A stretch of 64,000 nt of DNA from Opitutia bacterium (GTDB lineage Bacteria; Verrucomicrobiota; Verrucomicrobiia; Opitutales; Opitutaceae). The stretch is taken from assembly GCA_016190985.1 (NCBI GenBank), contig JACPPI010000006.1:112526-176525 (forward strand), read 5' to 3'. The notes under the pieces were generated by a model that saw nothing but the letters and a program-made list of their open reading frames with translations, did no database searches and was not told where the DNA came from. A program made the translations under genes and the position numbers. Positions 10,264 through 21,434 of this stretch are shown piece by piece. Numbering within the stretch: the first letter of the stretch is position 1; each line of letters begins with the position of its first letter.

Positions 10264-11291
10264 GATCCGGAACTTGGCAGGCGTTTCACTGCGCCGATGC
10301 CCGGCCGGTCGGGCAGCGTCACCTTGCCGTCCACGATGGTGGCGCCGTCGAAGAGGTCGTTCTTGATGAGCAGGGCGCCGTCGAGGTCGGCCCAGTCGGC
10401 GAGCGGGGAGAGCTGGGCGGCGGCGGAGATGGCGCACGAGGTCTCGGTCATGCAGCCGAGCATGACCTTCAGGCCGAGGGCGCGGGCCAGCGTGAGCATG
10501 CGGTGGGCCTCGCGCAGGCCGGTGCATTTCATGAGCTTGATGTTGATGCCGTCGAACACACCGCGCAGCCGCGCAACGTCGCTGAGCCGCTGGCAGCTTT
10601 CGTCCGCGATGAGGGGCAGCGGGCTGCGCGCGCGCAGCCAGGCGGTGTCGTCGAGCTGGGCCCTGGGCATCGGCTGCTCGATGAACACCACGCCCTGGGT
10701 CGCGAGCCACTCGATCTTCTGCAACGCCTCGTTGCGATCGGTCCAGCCCTGGTTGGCGTCGACCGTGACCGGTTTGTCCGTCACCGAGCGGATGGTCCCG
10801 ATCATCATGCGGTCGGTGTCGCGGTCGAGCTTGACCTTGATGATCCTGTAGGGCGCGGCCTCGCGGGTCTTCTGGCGCACGATCTCGGCGGTGTCGAGGC
10901 CGATGGTGAAGGAGGTCACGGGTGTCTTGGCTGGATTCAATCCCCACAGGCGGTGCCACGGGGCGCCGAGCTTCTTGCCGATCCAGTCGTGCAGCGCGAT
11001 GTCCACCGCGGCCTTGGCGGCGGTGTTGCCCGGCGCGAGGGCGTCGATCGCGGGAAGGATTTCCTCCAGCTGGAAGGGATCGGGAAACCGTGCGAGGTCG
11101 ACCAGCCGCAGAAAGGCGGCGGCGGTCTCCGGGCTTTCCCCGAGGTAGGGCGGCATGGCCGCCTCGCCGTAGCCGGTGACGCCGTCCTGCTCCACCTCCA
11201 CCAGCATGGCGGGCGTGGCGGTGCGGGAATGGTTCGCGATGTTGAACGCGTGCTTGAGCTCGAGCGAGTGGGGTTGGAAGCGGAGGATCAT
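10260..11291 (-). CDS. L-Ala-D/L-Glu dipeptide epimerase (enolase superfamily)
   Basis: GYGEA, AAVDIAL-x-[37 protein letters not shown]-x-E, DLDG. Its TGA overlaps the nagZ ATG (ATGA). Confidence 0.9.
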   Translation of the reverse strand: MILRFQPHSLELKHAFNIANHSRTATPAMLVEVEQDGVTGYGEAAMPPYLGESPETAAAFLRLVDLARFPDPFQLEEILPAIDALAPGNTAAKAAVDIALHDWIGKKLGAPWHRLWGLNPAKTPVTSFTIGLDTAEIVRQKTREAAPYRIIKVKLDRDTDRMMIGTIRSVTDKPVTVDANQGWTDRNEALQKIEWLATQGVVFIEQPMPRAQLDDTAWLRARSPLPLIADESCQRLSDVARLRGVFDGINIKLMKCTGLREAHRMLTLARALGLKVMLGCMTETSCAISAAAQLSPLADWADLDGALLIKNDLFDGATIVDGKVTLPDRPGIGAVKRLPSSGS

Positions 11292-11392
11292 GCCGGGGGG
11301 CTTCGGTTGCGCTGCATGGTGCCGCGGGTTGGGGCGCGTTCAAGCCCTGCTTCGACTGGCCGTGCCATCCGTAGCTCCGAAGGAGCGAAGGA

Positions 11393-11480
11393 TGGCGGAA
11401 GGGGAGGGATTCGAACCCCCGGAACCTTGCGGTTCAGCGGTTTTCAAGACCGCCGCGATAGACCACTCTGCCACCCTTCC
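11393..11480 (-). tRNA. tRNA-Ser(TGA), 88 nt with long variable arm, CCA encoded
   Basis: Reverse complement reads GGAAGGGTGGCAGAGTGG...GTCTTGAAAACCG...GGTTCGAATCCC...CCGCCA. Confidence 0.95.
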
Positions 11481-11582
11481 GAAGCGCTGACGGTTGCGGC
11501 TTTCGACTGGCAGCGTTGGCAAATTACTCCCAGTGTCGAGTCTGCAAGTTCGCCGCAATAATCGGCGGCCGGGTTTGCAGAT

Positions 11583-12791
11583 ATGGCATTACCGAGCAAT
11601 CATGTCGCGGAGATGCAGGGGCTCTATGGCCCGTTCACCCTCACGGAGAGGGTGGTGCAGAAAATCTGGCTGCGGGGTGACTTCGACCGGACGCGCCTGG
11701 TGTTGACCGACGGGCGGCCGCTGGAGATCCGCACGCTCGGCGCGTGGAACCTGCTGGGCGGGCCGGATTTTCGCGGCGCCCAGCTGGTGATCGGGGGCGA
11801 AAGCGTGACGGGCGACGTGGAGGTGCATTTCCATGCGGCCGACTGGCGCGCCCACCGGCACCAGACCGATCGCGCCTATGACCATGTCGCGCTGCATGTC
11901 GTGCTGTTTCCGCCGGGTTCGGGCGAGCGGTCCGCGGTGCGCGGCGACGGGCGGGCGATGCCGACGCTGGTTTTGCTGCCGCTGCTGCATCGCGACCTGG
12001 AGGAATATGCCTCGGACGACGCGCTGGAGGCGATCACCGCGCGGGACGAGTGGGAGAAGTTCGCCGGGCTGGCCGCGGCGCCGGCGGCGGAATTGCCCGG
12101 TTTGCTGCGGGCGAAGGCCGGCGAACGCTGGCGACAGAAAGTGCGCTTTTCAAAAATGCGGATCGAGCGCGTCGGGTGGACGGCGGCGGCGCATTGCACG
12201 GCGCTGGAGATCCTCGGCTATCGCCACAACCGCGCGGCGATGCTGACCGTGGCAACCAAATATCCGCTGGAAGCTTGGCGAGATGGGGTCGAGGTCGCGC
12301 GGATTTATGAAGAGAGCGGGGCGCTGTGGCAGACGCAGGGCGTGCGGCCGGCGAATCACCCGCTCGTCCGCCTCCGTCAGTATCAGGCGTGGGTGGCGGC
12401 GCACCCGGACTGGCCGGAGCGGCTGCGCCGGATGGCGGAGACCCTGCCGGCCGGGGGGCTTGAGGCGAGGCCGACCGCCTTCGCGCGGCGGACGCTGGAA
12501 CTGCGGCTGCGCCGCGAGGCCTTTGCGCGCGACCTCATCGGCGGCGCCGTGGGCGGCACGCGGTTGGACAATCTGGTGTGCGACGGCCTGCTGCCGCTGC
12601 TGGCGGCGGAGTCCGGGCGCGACGCGGCGGCGCTGTGGTTCCACTGGTTTCTCGGCGATGTGCCCGGCCAGGTCAGAAAAGCCCTGCCAAAACTCGGCGT
12701 GGCCGGCCGGGGCGCGGCGCCGCTTTGCCAGGGCTGGGCGCAGGGTTTGCTGGGGTGGGTTTTGGCGCACGACGCGCGCGCAAGTCGCTGA
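11583..12791 (+). CDS. DUF2851 family protein
   Basis: E-x-x-VQKIW, G-x-WN-x-x-GGPDF, GDVEVHF, W-x-x-H-x-H-x-x-D-x-x-YDHV-x-LHVV, RPANHP-x-x-RL. Confidence 0.75.
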   Translation: MALPSNHVAEMQGLYGPFTLTERVVQKIWLRGDFDRTRLVLTDGRPLEIRTLGAWNLLGGPDFRGAQLVIGGESVTGDVEVHFHAADWRAHRHQTDRAYDHVALHVVLFPPGSGERSAVRGDGRAMPTLVLLPLLHRDLEEYASDDALEAITARDEWEKFAGLAAAPAAELPGLLRAKAGERWRQKVRFSKMRIERVGWTAAAHCTALEILGYRHNRAAMLTVATKYPLEAWRDGVEVARIYEESGALWQTQGVRPANHPLVRLRQYQAWVAAHPDWPERLRRMAETLPAGGLEARPTAFARRTLELRLRREAFARDLIGGAVGGTRLDNLVCDGLLPLLAAESGRDAAALWFHWFLGDVPGQVRKALPKLGVAGRGAAPLCQGWAQGLLGWVLAHDARASR

Positions 12792-12814
12792 CGCGCAGAA
12801 ATCTGGCCGGGGGC

Positions 12815-12844
12815 TTGACAAGGGTTCGCGGGGGACAATATGTT
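12815..12844 (+). promoter_or_regulatory. Putative sigma-70 promoter for the nusA operon
   Basis: TTGACA (12815-20), 18-nt spacer, TATGTT (12839-44), then GC-rich ccgcccc. Confidence 0.5.
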
Positions 12845-12872
12845 CCGCCCCCTATAACTAGTTCACTTTCTT

Positions 12873-12903
12873 AAAGGTGGGCCCTCGGGTCCGCCTTTTT
12901 TTT
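12873..12903 (+). terminator. Leader hairpin plus U-tract upstream of nusA (attenuator-like)
   Basis: aaaggtgggcc-ctcg-ggtccgccttt followed by ttttt, between the promoter and the nusA ATG. Confidence 0.65.
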
Positions 12904-12924
12904 CCTCATTAATCCACACACACC

Positions 12925-14151
12925 ATGAGCAGCGAAATCCTGTCCGTCCTCGAATACATGGAGAAGGAGAAGGGCATTCCCCGTGCCGACATGATCTCCA
13001 CCATCGTCAACGCGATCAAGACCGCCGCGCTGAAGGGTGTGAACTCGGGCCAGGAGCTCAAGATCGACATCAACCCGAAGAACGGCCAGCTCCACGCCTG
13101 GTCGCTCCTCAAGGTGGTCGATTCCGTGTCCGACCCGAAGCTGCAGATCCACGTCGAGAAGGCCCAGGTCTTCAAGGCCGGCGCCGTCGTCGGCGACACC
13201 ATCGAGAAGGAGATCGATCCGTCCTACCTCGGCCGCATCGCCGCGCAGACCGCGCGCCAGGCCATCATGCAGCGCCTCCGCGCCTTTGAGAAGGAGCGCA
13301 TCTACGACGACTTCAAGGATTCCGTGGGCGACATCGTGAGCGGCACCGTGCGCCGCCGCGAGCGCAACGACCTCTTCATCGACCTCGGCAAGGCCGAGGC
13401 CGTCATGCCGGGCAAGGAGCAGGTCCCCGGCGAGGAATACGCCCCCGGCGAGCGCATCCGCTGCATCCTGCTCGAGATCGAGAACAGCAGCCGCGGCCCC
13501 GAGATCATCCTCAGCCGCGCCAGCCCCAAGTTTGTCCGCCGCCTCTTCGAGCTCGAGGTCACCGAGATCGCCGACGGCACCGTCAAGATCGAGGCCTTCG
13601 CCCGCGAGCCGGGCTACCGCACCAAGATCGCGGTCGTCAGCACCGACCCGAAGGTCGACCCGGTCGGCGCCTGCGTCGGCGCCCGCGGCGCCCGCGTGAA
13701 GAGCATCGTCCGCGAGCTGGGCGGCGAGAAGATCGACATCATCCCCTACCACGCCGACACGAAGGAGATGCTCATCGAGGCGCTCAAGCCGGCCGTGCCG
13801 CGCGAGATCATCCTCGACGAAAAGAACAAGCGCGTGCTCGTGCGCGTGGTGAACGACGACCTCGCGGTCGCCATCGGCCGCAAGGGCCAGAACGCCCGCC
13901 TGACCTCCCGGCTCGTGGGCTGGCGCCTCGACATCGAGGAGTTCAAGGTCGTCACCGCCGATCCGCGCGCGCAGGCCATCAGCCTCTTCGTCAACACCTA
14001 CGCCTTCGACAAGGCCGTGGCCGAGCGCCTGGTCGCGAACGGCATCAACTCCCCCGCCGCCTTCGAGGGCGTCGAGGCCAACGACCTCGTCGGCTTCGGC
14101 TTCACCGAGGAAGAGGCCGCCGGCGTCATCGCCAAGGTCACCGCCTCCTGA
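12925..14151 (+). CDS. nusA: Transcription termination/antitermination factor NusA
   Basis: [60 protein letters not shown]. Confidence 0.98.
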   Translation: MSSEILSVLEYMEKEKGIPRADMISTIVNAIKTAALKGVNSGQELKIDINPKNGQLHAWSLLKVVDSVSDPKLQIHVEKAQVFKAGAVVGDTIEKEIDPSYLGRIAAQTARQAIMQRLRAFEKERIYDDFKDSVGDIVSGTVRRRERNDLFIDLGKAEAVMPGKEQVPGEEYAPGERIRCILLEIENSSRGPEIILSRASPKFVRRLFELEVTEIADGTVKIEAFAREPGYRTKIAVVSTDPKVDPVGACVGARGARVKSIVRELGGEKIDIIPYHADTKEMLIEALKPAVPREIILDEKNKRVLVRVVNDDLAVAIGRKGQNARLTSRLVGWRLDIEEFKVVTADPRAQAISLFVNTYAFDKAVAERLVANGINSPAAFEGVEANDLVGFGFTEEEAAGVIAKVTAS

Positions 14152-14185
14152 ACCGCCCCGCATTTTTCCGCCGCCGCCCCCCTGA

Positions 14186-16603
14186 ATGAGTTCCCGCATC
14201 CACGAGATCGCCAAGCAATACAACGTTGAGCCCAAGGAAATGCTTTCCTGGCTCAAGGAGCAGGGCTTTGTCGCGGCGGACACGAGGTCGGTGTCGAGCA
14301 CGGTCAGCAAGATCTACTACGACGAGATCGAGAAAAAATACGGCAAGCCCGCCGCGCCGGCTCCCGTGGCCGCCCCGGCCCCGGCGCCGGCCCCCGCCGC
14401 GCCCGCGCTCAAGCTCCCCGCCGGGGTGTTCGTGAAGTCGGCGGCCGACATTGTGCGTGAAAAGGCAGAGGTCGCCAAGGCCGCCGCCGCCGCGCGCGCC
14501 GCCGCCCAGCCGCCGGCGCCGGTCGCGGCCCCCAAGCCGCCGCCGTCCCTGCTGAAGGCGCCGCCGTTGCCGCCCCAGGCCGCGCCGCGCCCGTATTCGA
14601 CCGCGCCGATGTCTCCGCGGCCCGCTCCGTCCATGCCTGCGCCGCGGCCCGCGCCCGTCGCGCCGCCGTCGCCCGCCAAGAATCCGGTCCTGCCTCCGCC
14701 GATGCCCGCGGCCCGCCCGCCGGTCCTGCCCGTCGCGAAAACTCCGCCACCCCTTTCCGCGGCCGCCGCCCCCACCGCCACCGCCATCACCGTGACCGAG
14801 GAGGGCGGGATCAAGATCATCCACCTCAAGCCGCCGATCATCGTCCGCGAGTTCGCCGTCGCCCTCGGCCTCAAGCCCTTCAAGCTGATCTCCGAGCTGA
14901 TGGAGATGAGCATCTTCGCCTCGATGAACCAGTCGATCGACGAGGCCGTCGCGACCAAGGTGGCCGAGAAGCACGGCTTCCTGCTCGACATCAAGCACCG
15001 CGGCGAGGCCGCAGCCCCGGTCGTCACACCCGAGAAGGCCAAGATCAACAAGGAGGAGAAGGCGCGCGAGGAGGATCTCAAGAATCTCGCCCCGCGTCCG
15101 CCCGTGGTCTGCATCCTCGGCCACGTCGACCACGGCAAGACCTCCCTGCTCGACGCCATCCGCAAGGCCAACGTCGCCGCCGGCGAGGCGGGCGGCATCA
15201 CCCAGCACATCGGCGCCTACCAAGTCGGGCACAACGGCCGCAAGATCACCTTCCTCGACACGCCCGGCCACGCCGCCTTCACCAAGATGCGCGCCCGCGG
15301 CGCCTCCGTCACCGACATCGCCGTGCTCGTGGTCGCGGCCGACGACGGTTTCATGCCGCAGACCGACGAGGCCCTGCAGCACGCCAAGGACGCGAAGGTC
15401 GCGCTCATGGTCGCCGTCAACAAGATGGACGTGAAGGGCGCGAACCTCGACCGCGTGAAGCAGCAGATGCAGGAGCGCCAGATCGCGCCCGAGGACTGGG
15501 GCGGGGAGACCGTCACCGTGCCGGTCGCCGCCATCAAGGGGCAGGGCATCACCGAGCTGCTCGACATGATTCTCCTCCAGGCCGACGTCCTGGAGCTCAA
15601 GGCCAACCCGAAGGCCGAGGCCAGCGGCGTCGTGGTCGAGTCCCAGGTGGACGTGGGCCGCGGCCCGCTCGCCACCGTCATCGTGCAGCGCGGCACCCTC
15701 CGCGTGGGCGACGCCCTCGTGTGCGGCCCGCACTACGCGAAGGTCCGCGCCATGTTCGACGACCAGGGCAACAACCTGAAGGAGGCGCCCCCGGCCACGC
15801 CCGTGCGGGTCATCGGCTGGTCGGGTTCGCCCGATTCCGGCGCCAAGTTTGTCTCGGCCAAGAACGCCCGCGAGGCCGAGCGTCTCGCCGAGGAGGCGGA
15901 GGACCTGCTCAAGAAATCCACCGTCACCGAGGACGCCGTGCCGAAGGACGTCTCGCTCGACGCCCTGTTCGCCAACATCGCCGCCACCTCGGCCAAGGCG
16001 TTGCGCGTTGTGCTCAAGTCCGACGTCTTCGGTTCGCTCGAGGCCGTGAAGAACGTGCTCGAGGGCATCAAGAGCGCCAAGGTCTCGCTCGACATCGTGG
16101 CCGCCGCCGTCGGCATCATCAGCAAGAACGACGTGCTCATGGCGGGCGCCTCCAAGGCCGTCATCATCGGCTTCAACACCAAGCAGGAGAACGGCGTCAC
16201 GGCGCTGGCCAAGCACCACGGCGTCACGATCGAGACCTTCGAGATCATCTACGAGCTGGGCGACAAGGTGAAGGAGATGATGGCCGACCTGCTCGATCCC
16301 GACCTCAAGGAGAACAAGCTCGGCGGCGCCGAGGTCCGCCAGGTCTTCCCCGTGGCCAAGGGCTTCGTCGCCGGCTGCCTCGTCACCGAGGGCAAGATCA
16401 ACCGCGGCATCACGGCCCGGGTGCGCCGGGGCAAGGAATCCGTCTTCGAGGGCAAGGTCGGCACGCTCCGCCGCTTCAAGGACGACGCCAACGAGGTCCG
16501 CGCCGGCCTCGAGTGCGGCATCCGGCTCGACGGCTTCGACGGCTACCAGCCGGGCGACCGCATCGAGTGCTTCGAGGTCCAGAAGGTCAGAGCATCCTTG
16601 TAA
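14186..16603 (+). CDS. infB: Translation initiation factor IF-2 with Pro/Ala-rich N-terminal linker
   Basis: RPPVV[15 protein letters not shown], [31 protein letters not shown]. Confidence 0.98.
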   Translation: MSSRIHEIAKQYNVEPKEMLSWLKEQGFVAADTRSVSSTVSKIYYDEIEKKYGKPAAPAPVAAPAPAPAPAAPALKLPAGVFVKSAADIVREKAEVAKAAAAARAAAQPPAPVAAPKPPPSLLKAPPLPPQAAPRPYSTAPMSPRPAPSMPAPRPAPVAPPSPAKNPVLPPPMPAARPPVLPVAKTPPPLSAAAAPTATAITVTEEGGIKIIHLKPPIIVREFAVALGLKPFKLISELMEMSIFASMNQSIDEAVATKVAEKHGFLLDIKHRGEAAAPVVTPEKAKINKEEKAREEDLKNLAPRPPVVCILGHVDHGKTSLLDAIRKANVAAGEAGGITQHIGAYQVGHNGRKITFLDTPGHAAFTKMRARGASVTDIAVLVVAADDGFMPQTDEALQHAKDAKVALMVAVNKMDVKGANLDRVKQQMQERQIAPEDWGGETVTVPVAAIKGQGITELLDMILLQADVLELKANPKAEASGVVVESQVDVGRGPLATVIVQRGTLRVGDALVCGPHYAKVRAMFDDQGNNLKEAPPATPVRVIGWSGSPDSGAKFVSAKNAREAERLAEEAEDLLKKSTVTEDAVPKDVSLDALFANIAATSAKALRVVLKSDVFGSLEAVKNVLEGIKSAKVSLDIVAAAVGIISKNDVLMAGASKAVIIGFNTKQENGVTALAKHHGVTIETFEIIYELGDKVKEMMADLLDPDLKENKLGGAEVRQVFPVAKGFVAGCLVTEGKINRGITARVRRGKESVFEGKVGTLRRFKDDANEVRAGLECGIRLDGFDGYQPGDRIECFEVQKVRASL

Positions 16604-16689
16604 TTTTCGATTTTTGAATCTCGATTTTCGACAGCCGGAAGCGACCGATCGCCAGAAATCGAGAATCGAAAATCCCGAATCGAAAATCC
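16604..16689. repeat. Inverted pair of 7-bp tandem arrays filling the infB-rbfA junction
   Basis: Left arm ttttcga/tttttga/atctcga/ttttcga; right arm aatcgag/aatcgaa/aatcccg/aatcgaa/aatc. Confidence 0.8.
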
Positions 16690-16690
16690 G

Positions 16691-17041
16691 ATGAGCAACC
16701 GCCTTCTCCGCGTCAACGAGCTTCTGCAGCGCGAGATCAGCGCGCACCTCCGCCGGAAGCATGGCAGCGAGTCGGTCGCCATCACCATCACCGGCGTGGA
16801 GATCACCGGCGACCTGCGCGAGGCCAGGGTGTTTTATTCGGTCCTCGGCGACGAGGCGGGCGCGGCCCGCGCCGGCCGCTGGCTGGCGCGCCACCGCGAC
16901 GAGATCCGCGAGATGCTCGCGAAGAACGTCGTCATCCGGCATGTGCCGCTGCTCGCCTTCGTGCACGACAACCACGCCCCGCGCACCCTGCGGGTCGAGG
17001 CCCTGCTGGGCGAGATCGACCGACAGACCCCTTCGCCGTGA
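16691..17041 (+). CDS. rbfA: Ribosome-binding factor A
   Basis: R-x-x-RVNE-x-LQREIS, ITGVEIT-x-DLR-x-ARVF, P-x-L-x-F-x-x-D; downstream of infB. Confidence 0.92.
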   Translation: MSNRLLRVNELLQREISAHLRRKHGSESVAITITGVEITGDLREARVFYSVLGDEAGAARAGRWLARHRDEIREMLAKNVVIRHVPLLAFVHDNHAPRTLRVEALLGEIDRQTPSP

Positions 17042-18036
17042 ACCACTACACCAAATTCGCCGGGCGCTTCGCCGTCCTCCTCCACGAACTGGAGGGCCAG
17101 AAGGCCGTCGTCATCGGCCACCAGCGGCCCGACGGCGACTGCATTGGCTCGCAGGTCGCGCTCTGCCGCGTGCTGCGGTCGCAGGGCATCGACGCCGTGT
17201 GCATGAACCCCGACCCGGTGCCGCGCCGCATCAAGTTCCTCGTCCGCGACACGCCCTTCTACCTGCGCGACGAGCTGCCCCCCGGCGACCGGATGGCGAT
17301 CTTCACCGACTGCGCGGACCACGGCCGCGCCGGCGAAAAGGTCAAGGCGCTCTACCCGAATCCGCAGGCCTGCTTCGACCACCACGTCTCCAATGTCGGC
17401 TTCGCGGCGCGCAACTTCGTCGACACCGGCTCGGCCGCCACGGCCGAGGTGCTGGCGGGCCTGTTCATCGACGCGGACATCGTGTTCGACGCGGTCACCG
17501 CGCAGGCGCTCTACACCGGTATCATGACCGACACCGGGCAGTTCCGTTTCTCCTCGACCTCCTACCGCGTCTTCCGGCTCTGCGCCGAGCTGGTGGGGCG
17601 CGGGGCCAGCCCGGCCCTCGCCGGGCAGGAGCTGTTCGAGCGCGAGTCGTGGGGCAAGCTGAAGCTCCTGGAATACTACCTCGGCTCCCTGAAGCTGGAG
17701 TGCAACGGCCGGGTCTGCATCGGCGTCCTGCGCGAGGGTGTCTTTGAAAAACTCGGCGCCACCGTCGAGGACACCGAGGGGCTGGTGGACTACGCGCGCT
17801 CCATCGAGGGCGTGGAGATCGGCGTGCTCATCGAGGAGCGCGCCGGGGTGGTCAAGGCGAGCCTGCGCGCCATCCACGGCTCCTACCGCATCGACACTGT
17901 CGCCAGCCAGTTCAACGGCGGCGGGCACGCCAGCGCGGCCGGCCTGAACTGCCCGGGCACGCTCGGGTCGTTTTATCCCAAATTGATCGAGGCGCTCAAC
18001 CGCCGCCTCGCCGAGACGGACGCCAAGCCGCAATGA
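17038..18036 (+). CDS. DHH/DHHA1 phosphoesterase (NrnA-like)
   Basis: [37 protein letters not shown]. Confidence 0.9.
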   Translation: MNHYTKFAGRFAVLLHELEGQKAVVIGHQRPDGDCIGSQVALCRVLRSQGIDAVCMNPDPVPRRIKFLVRDTPFYLRDELPPGDRMAIFTDCADHGRAGEKVKALYPNPQACFDHHVSNVGFAARNFVDTGSAATAEVLAGLFIDADIVFDAVTAQALYTGIMTDTGQFRFSSTSYRVFRLCAELVGRGASPALAGQELFERESWGKLKLLEYYLGSLKLECNGRVCIGVLREGVFEKLGATVEDTEGLVDYARSIEGVEIGVLIEERAGVVKASLRAIHGSYRIDTVASQFNGGGHASAAGLNCPGTLGSFYPKLIEALNRRLAETDAKPQ

Positions 18037-18761
18037 GCCTCCACCAGGCCAGGGAAATGGAGGGCGTGTTGCTGGTGGACAAGCCCCAGGGCCTGACGTC
18101 GCACGACGTGGTCTACCACCTGCGGCGGAAACTCCACCTGAAGAAGATCGGCCACGCCGGCACGCTCGACCCGATGGCGACCGGCGTGCTCGTGATGCTC
18201 ATCGGCAAGGCGACGCGCATTTCCCAGTTCCTCATGAGCGTGGACAAGGCCTACGAGGGCGAGGCCACGCTCGGGATCGTCACCGACTCGCAGGACGCCG
18301 AGGGCGAGGTCATGGAAACCCGGCCCGTGCCCGAGCTGACCGCGGCCGGCGTGCGCGAGGTCATGAAGACTTTTCTCGGCGACCAATATCAGACGCCCCC
18401 GATGCACTCGGCCATCAAGGTCGGCGGGGTGCCGCTCTACAAGATGGCGCGCAAGGGCGAGGAGGTGGAACGCGAGCCGCGCTTCATCCGCGTGACGGAG
18501 TTCAAGCTGCTCTCCTTCGCGCCGCCCAAGCTCACCTTCGGGCTGCACTGCACCAAGGGCACCTATGTGCGGACCATCGCGCACGACCTCGGGCAGAAAC
18601 TCGGCTGCGGCGCGCACCTGTCGGCCCTGCGCCGCACGGCCAGCGGCCGGTTCACCATCGCGCACTGCCTGCCCCTCGACCAGATCGAGGCGCTGGCCCT
18701 GCCGGACATCGAGAAGCGCCTGATCCCCGTTTACGAGGCGGCGCCCCGCGTGGCGCTGTGA
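18033..18761 (+). CDS. truB: tRNA pseudouridine(55) synthase
   Basis: [48 protein letters not shown]. Confidence 0.97.
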   Translation: MSLHQAREMEGVLLVDKPQGLTSHDVVYHLRRKLHLKKIGHAGTLDPMATGVLVMLIGKATRISQFLMSVDKAYEGEATLGIVTDSQDAEGEVMETRPVPELTAAGVREVMKTFLGDQYQTPPMHSAIKVGGVPLYKMARKGEEVEREPRFIRVTEFKLLSFAPPKLTFGLHCTKGTYVRTIAHDLGQKLGCGAHLSALRRTASGRFTIAHCLPLDQIEALALPDIEKRLIPVYEAAPRVAL

Positions 18762-19696
18762 GCGAGATGCTCCAGTTCGACGGCGTCGCGCGGACGGTCC
18801 TGCCGTCGCGCCCGCTGCACCTCGCGATCGGGATGTTCGACGGCGTGCACCTCGGGCACCGCGCGTTGATCGACCTGGCCGTGCAGTCGGCCCGGGCCGG
18901 GGCGGCGCTGAGCGGCGTGCTGACCTTCTGGCCGCACCCCAGCGCGCTTTTCCGCCCGGAGGAGCGGACGAAACTCATCCAGCCGGCCGCGACCAAGGCC
19001 CGCATGTTGAACCGGCTCGGGGTCGACGCCGTGATCACCCAGCCCTTCACGCCGGAGTTCGCGGGCATCGCGGCGGCGGAGTTCATCCCCTGGCTGAAGC
19101 AGAGATTGCCCGGACTCGTGGCGGTCTACGTGGGTGAGAATTTCCGCTTCGGCCGCGGCCGCAGCGGCGATGTGCCGCTGCTGGCGGCGAGCGGCCGGCA
19201 GCACGGCGTGCCGGTGTTCAGCGCCCCGCGTGTCAACCTCGGCGGGGCGCCGATCAGCAGCACGCGCATCCGCGCGCTGCTGGAGGCCGGCGATGTCCCC
19301 GCAGCCAACGCCCTGCTGGGCTACGCCTACTTCGCGCACGGCCATGTGGTCCCGGGGAAGCGGCTCGGCCGCACGATCGGTTTCCCCACGCTGAACCTGC
19401 CGTGGGCGCCGGAACTGAAACCGCGTTTCGGGGTGTATGCCGTGCGCCTGTCAGGCGACAAGACCGCCGCGCCGCTGCCGGCGGTCGCCAACTACGGCGT
19501 GCGCCCGACGGTGGAGGCCGCGGGGGAGCCGCAGCTGGAGGCCCATGCCCTCGGCGCGTGTCCGTTCGGCGAGGGCGACCACCTCAAGGCGGAGTGGCTG
19601 CGGTTTTTGCGGCCGGAACGAAAGTTCGCGGGCATCGACGAACTGCGCGCGCAGATCGCCCGCGACCGGGAGATCGCCGTGAAGTTCTTCGGCTGA
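18758..19696 (+). CDS. ribF: Riboflavin kinase / FAD synthetase
   Basis: [46 protein letters not shown]-x-ERKF. Confidence 0.95.
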   Translation: MSEMLQFDGVARTVLPSRPLHLAIGMFDGVHLGHRALIDLAVQSARAGAALSGVLTFWPHPSALFRPEERTKLIQPAATKARMLNRLGVDAVITQPFTPEFAGIAAAEFIPWLKQRLPGLVAVYVGENFRFGRGRSGDVPLLAASGRQHGVPVFSAPRVNLGGAPISSTRIRALLEAGDVPAANALLGYAYFAHGHVVPGKRLGRTIGFPTLNLPWAPELKPRFGVYAVRLSGDKTAAPLPAVANYGVRPTVEAAGEPQLEAHALGACPFGEGDHLKAEWLRFLRPERKFAGIDELRAQIARDREIAVKFFG

Positions 19697-19705
19697 CCCG
19701 GCGGC

Positions 19706-20473
19706 CTACTTGCCGCGCAGCGTGGCGAGAGCCTGTTGGAAACCGGTCCGCGCGAAACCGGCATCCGACCCCAGCGCCACGAAGGTGAAGCCCCACTCGC
19801 GGCATTTGGCGACGAGCGCGGGATGGTGGACGAGGATGCCGGCCGCCTTGCCGTGTTTCCGCGCCGCCGCCACGACCCGCTGCACGGCGCCGAGAAAATC
19901 CGGGTGGTCGAACTGGTCGCGGATGCCGAGATTGTAGGTGAGGTCGGTCGGGCCGACGAAGAGCACGTCCACGCCGTCCACGGCGGCGATGCCGTCGCTG
20001 TGGGCGACGGCTGCCGCCGTCTCGACCTGGGTGATGTTCAGCAGCCATTCGTGCGCGTGCTGGTAGTATTCCTCAAAGTCCGCGCCGAAGCCGGCGCCGC
20101 GGACGATCTTGGCGACCCCGCGCTGACCGCGCGGCGGGTAACGCATGGCGGCGACCGCCGCCTCGGCCTCGGCCACGGTGCTCACATAGGGCACCATGAT
20201 GCCCTGCGCGCCCAGATCCAGCGCCCGCTTGAAGCGGGGCGTCTCATTGGCCGCGATCCGCACCAGCGCGGCGGCGGGCGTGGCGGCCACGGCCTGCAAC
20301 TGGTGCAGCATGGTTTCATCGCCGCCGGGGCCGTGCTCATGGTCGAGCAACACCCAGTCGAAACCGGTGTGGCCGGCGATTTCGGCCGTGACGGACGAGC
20401 CGAGGTTGAGGAAGGTGCCCACGACCCATTCCCGGGCGAGGACACGTGAGCGGAACTGGCCGGAGAGTTTCAT
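19706..20473 (-). CDS. HpcH/HpaI aldolase family protein
   Basis: GFDWVLLDHEHGP, LDLGAQGIMVP, RYPP-x-G-x-RG, QVET, DVLFVGPTDL. Confidence 0.9.
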   Translation of the reverse strand: MKLSGQFRSRVLAREWVVGTFLNLGSSVTAEIAGHTGFDWVLLDHEHGPGGDETMLHQLQAVAATPAAALVRIAANETPRFKRALDLGAQGIMVPYVSTVAEAEAAVAAMRYPPRGQRGVAKIVRGAGFGADFEEYYQHAHEWLLNITQVETAAAVAHSDGIAAVDGVDVLFVGPTDLTYNLGIRDQFDHPDFLGAVQRVVAAARKHGKAAGILVHHPALVAKCREWGFTFVALGSDAGFARTGFQQALATLRGK

Positions 20474-20478
20474 GGAAG

Positions 20479-21351
20479 TCAGAGGGAGAGGTAGAGCCGG
20501 TAAAGAGCCTGGGTGCCGCAGTCCTCCCAACCGCGGGCGGCCACCAGGTCGTAGAGTTTCTTGGCGCTGACCAGCCCGGGCAGGTCGAGCCTGAGTTCGG
20601 CGGCGCTGTCGAGGGCGATGCGCATGTCCTTCAGGATGTGCTTCACATAAAACCCCGGCGCGTAATTTTCCGCCAACGCGCGCGGGGCGAGGTTGGTCAG
20701 CGCCCAGCTGCCCGCGGCCCCGCCGCTGATGCTCGCGTGCACCGCCGCCGGATCGAGGCCGGCCCGCTTGGCGTAGATCAGCGCCTCGCACCAGGCGACC
20801 ATGCCGACCGCCACGGCGATCTGGTTGGCCATCTTGCAATGCTGGCCGGCGCCGGCGGGGCCGAGCAGCGAAAGGTTTTTCCCCAGCAAACCCAGCACCG
20901 GTTTCGCGCGCTCGAAAGCCGCCGGCGCGCCCCCGGTCATGATCACCAGCCGCGCCTCCTTGGCCCCGATGTCGCCACCCGACACCGGCGCGTCGAGCGC
21001 GTCAAGTCCGCGCCGGGCGGCCTCGGCCGCGATGCGCCGGGCGAGCAGCGGGCTCGAGGTGGTCATGTCGATCAGCAGGGCGCCGGGTTGCGCCCGGGCA
21101 ATGATCCCGTCCGGGCCCAGATAGGCGGCCTCCACGTCGGCGGGATAGCCGAGCATGGTGAGCACGACGTCGGCCCCGGCCGCGGCGCCGCCGGCCGAAT
21201 CGTGCCAGGTCGCGCCGGCCTCCAGCAAGGCCGCCGCCTTCTCCTTGGTGCGGTTATGCACCTGCACGGCATGACCGGCCCTGAGCAGGTGGCCCGCCAT
21301 GCTGCGGCCCATGACGCCGGTGCCGATGAAGGCGATGACGGGCAGACTCAT
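20479..21351 (-). CDS. NAD(P)-dependent oxidoreductase (3-hydroxyisobutyrate / tartronate semialdehyde reductase family)
   Basis: AFIGTGVMG, HNRT, DMTTS, LDAPVSGGD-x-GA, G-x-GQ-x-x-KMANQ. Confidence 0.9.
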   Translation of the reverse strand: MSLPVIAFIGTGVMGRSMAGHLLRAGHAVQVHNRTKEKAAALLEAGATWHDSAGGAAAGADVVLTMLGYPADVEAAYLGPDGIIARAQPGALLIDMTTSSPLLARRIAAEAARRGLDALDAPVSGGDIGAKEARLVIMTGGAPAAFERAKPVLGLLGKNLSLLGPAGAGQHCKMANQIAVAVGMVAWCEALIYAKRAGLDPAAVHASISGGAAGSWALTNLAPRALAENYAPGFYVKHILKDMRIALDSAAELRLDLPGLVSAKKLYDLVAARGWEDCGTQALYRLYLSL

Positions 21352-21434
21352 GTTGGGATTTGGGCCATACCGCTTGCTAGCGGACAGGCGGCGGGCAGGC
21401 CATAACAAAGAAACCCCCGGGGCGGCGGAGGTTG

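Noticed and set aside
7969-10851. 960-aa plus-strand ORF, and similar long ORFs at 14138-16975, 25145-27853, 29764-31383, 58901-60847 and 61790-62872
   Set aside because: They lie antisense to well-recognised genes and have no motifs; these are typical shadow ORFs of high-GC3 DNA.
14340-14790. Pro/Ala low-complexity repeat in infB
   Set aside because: Variable low-complexity N-terminal linkers are normal for IF-2.
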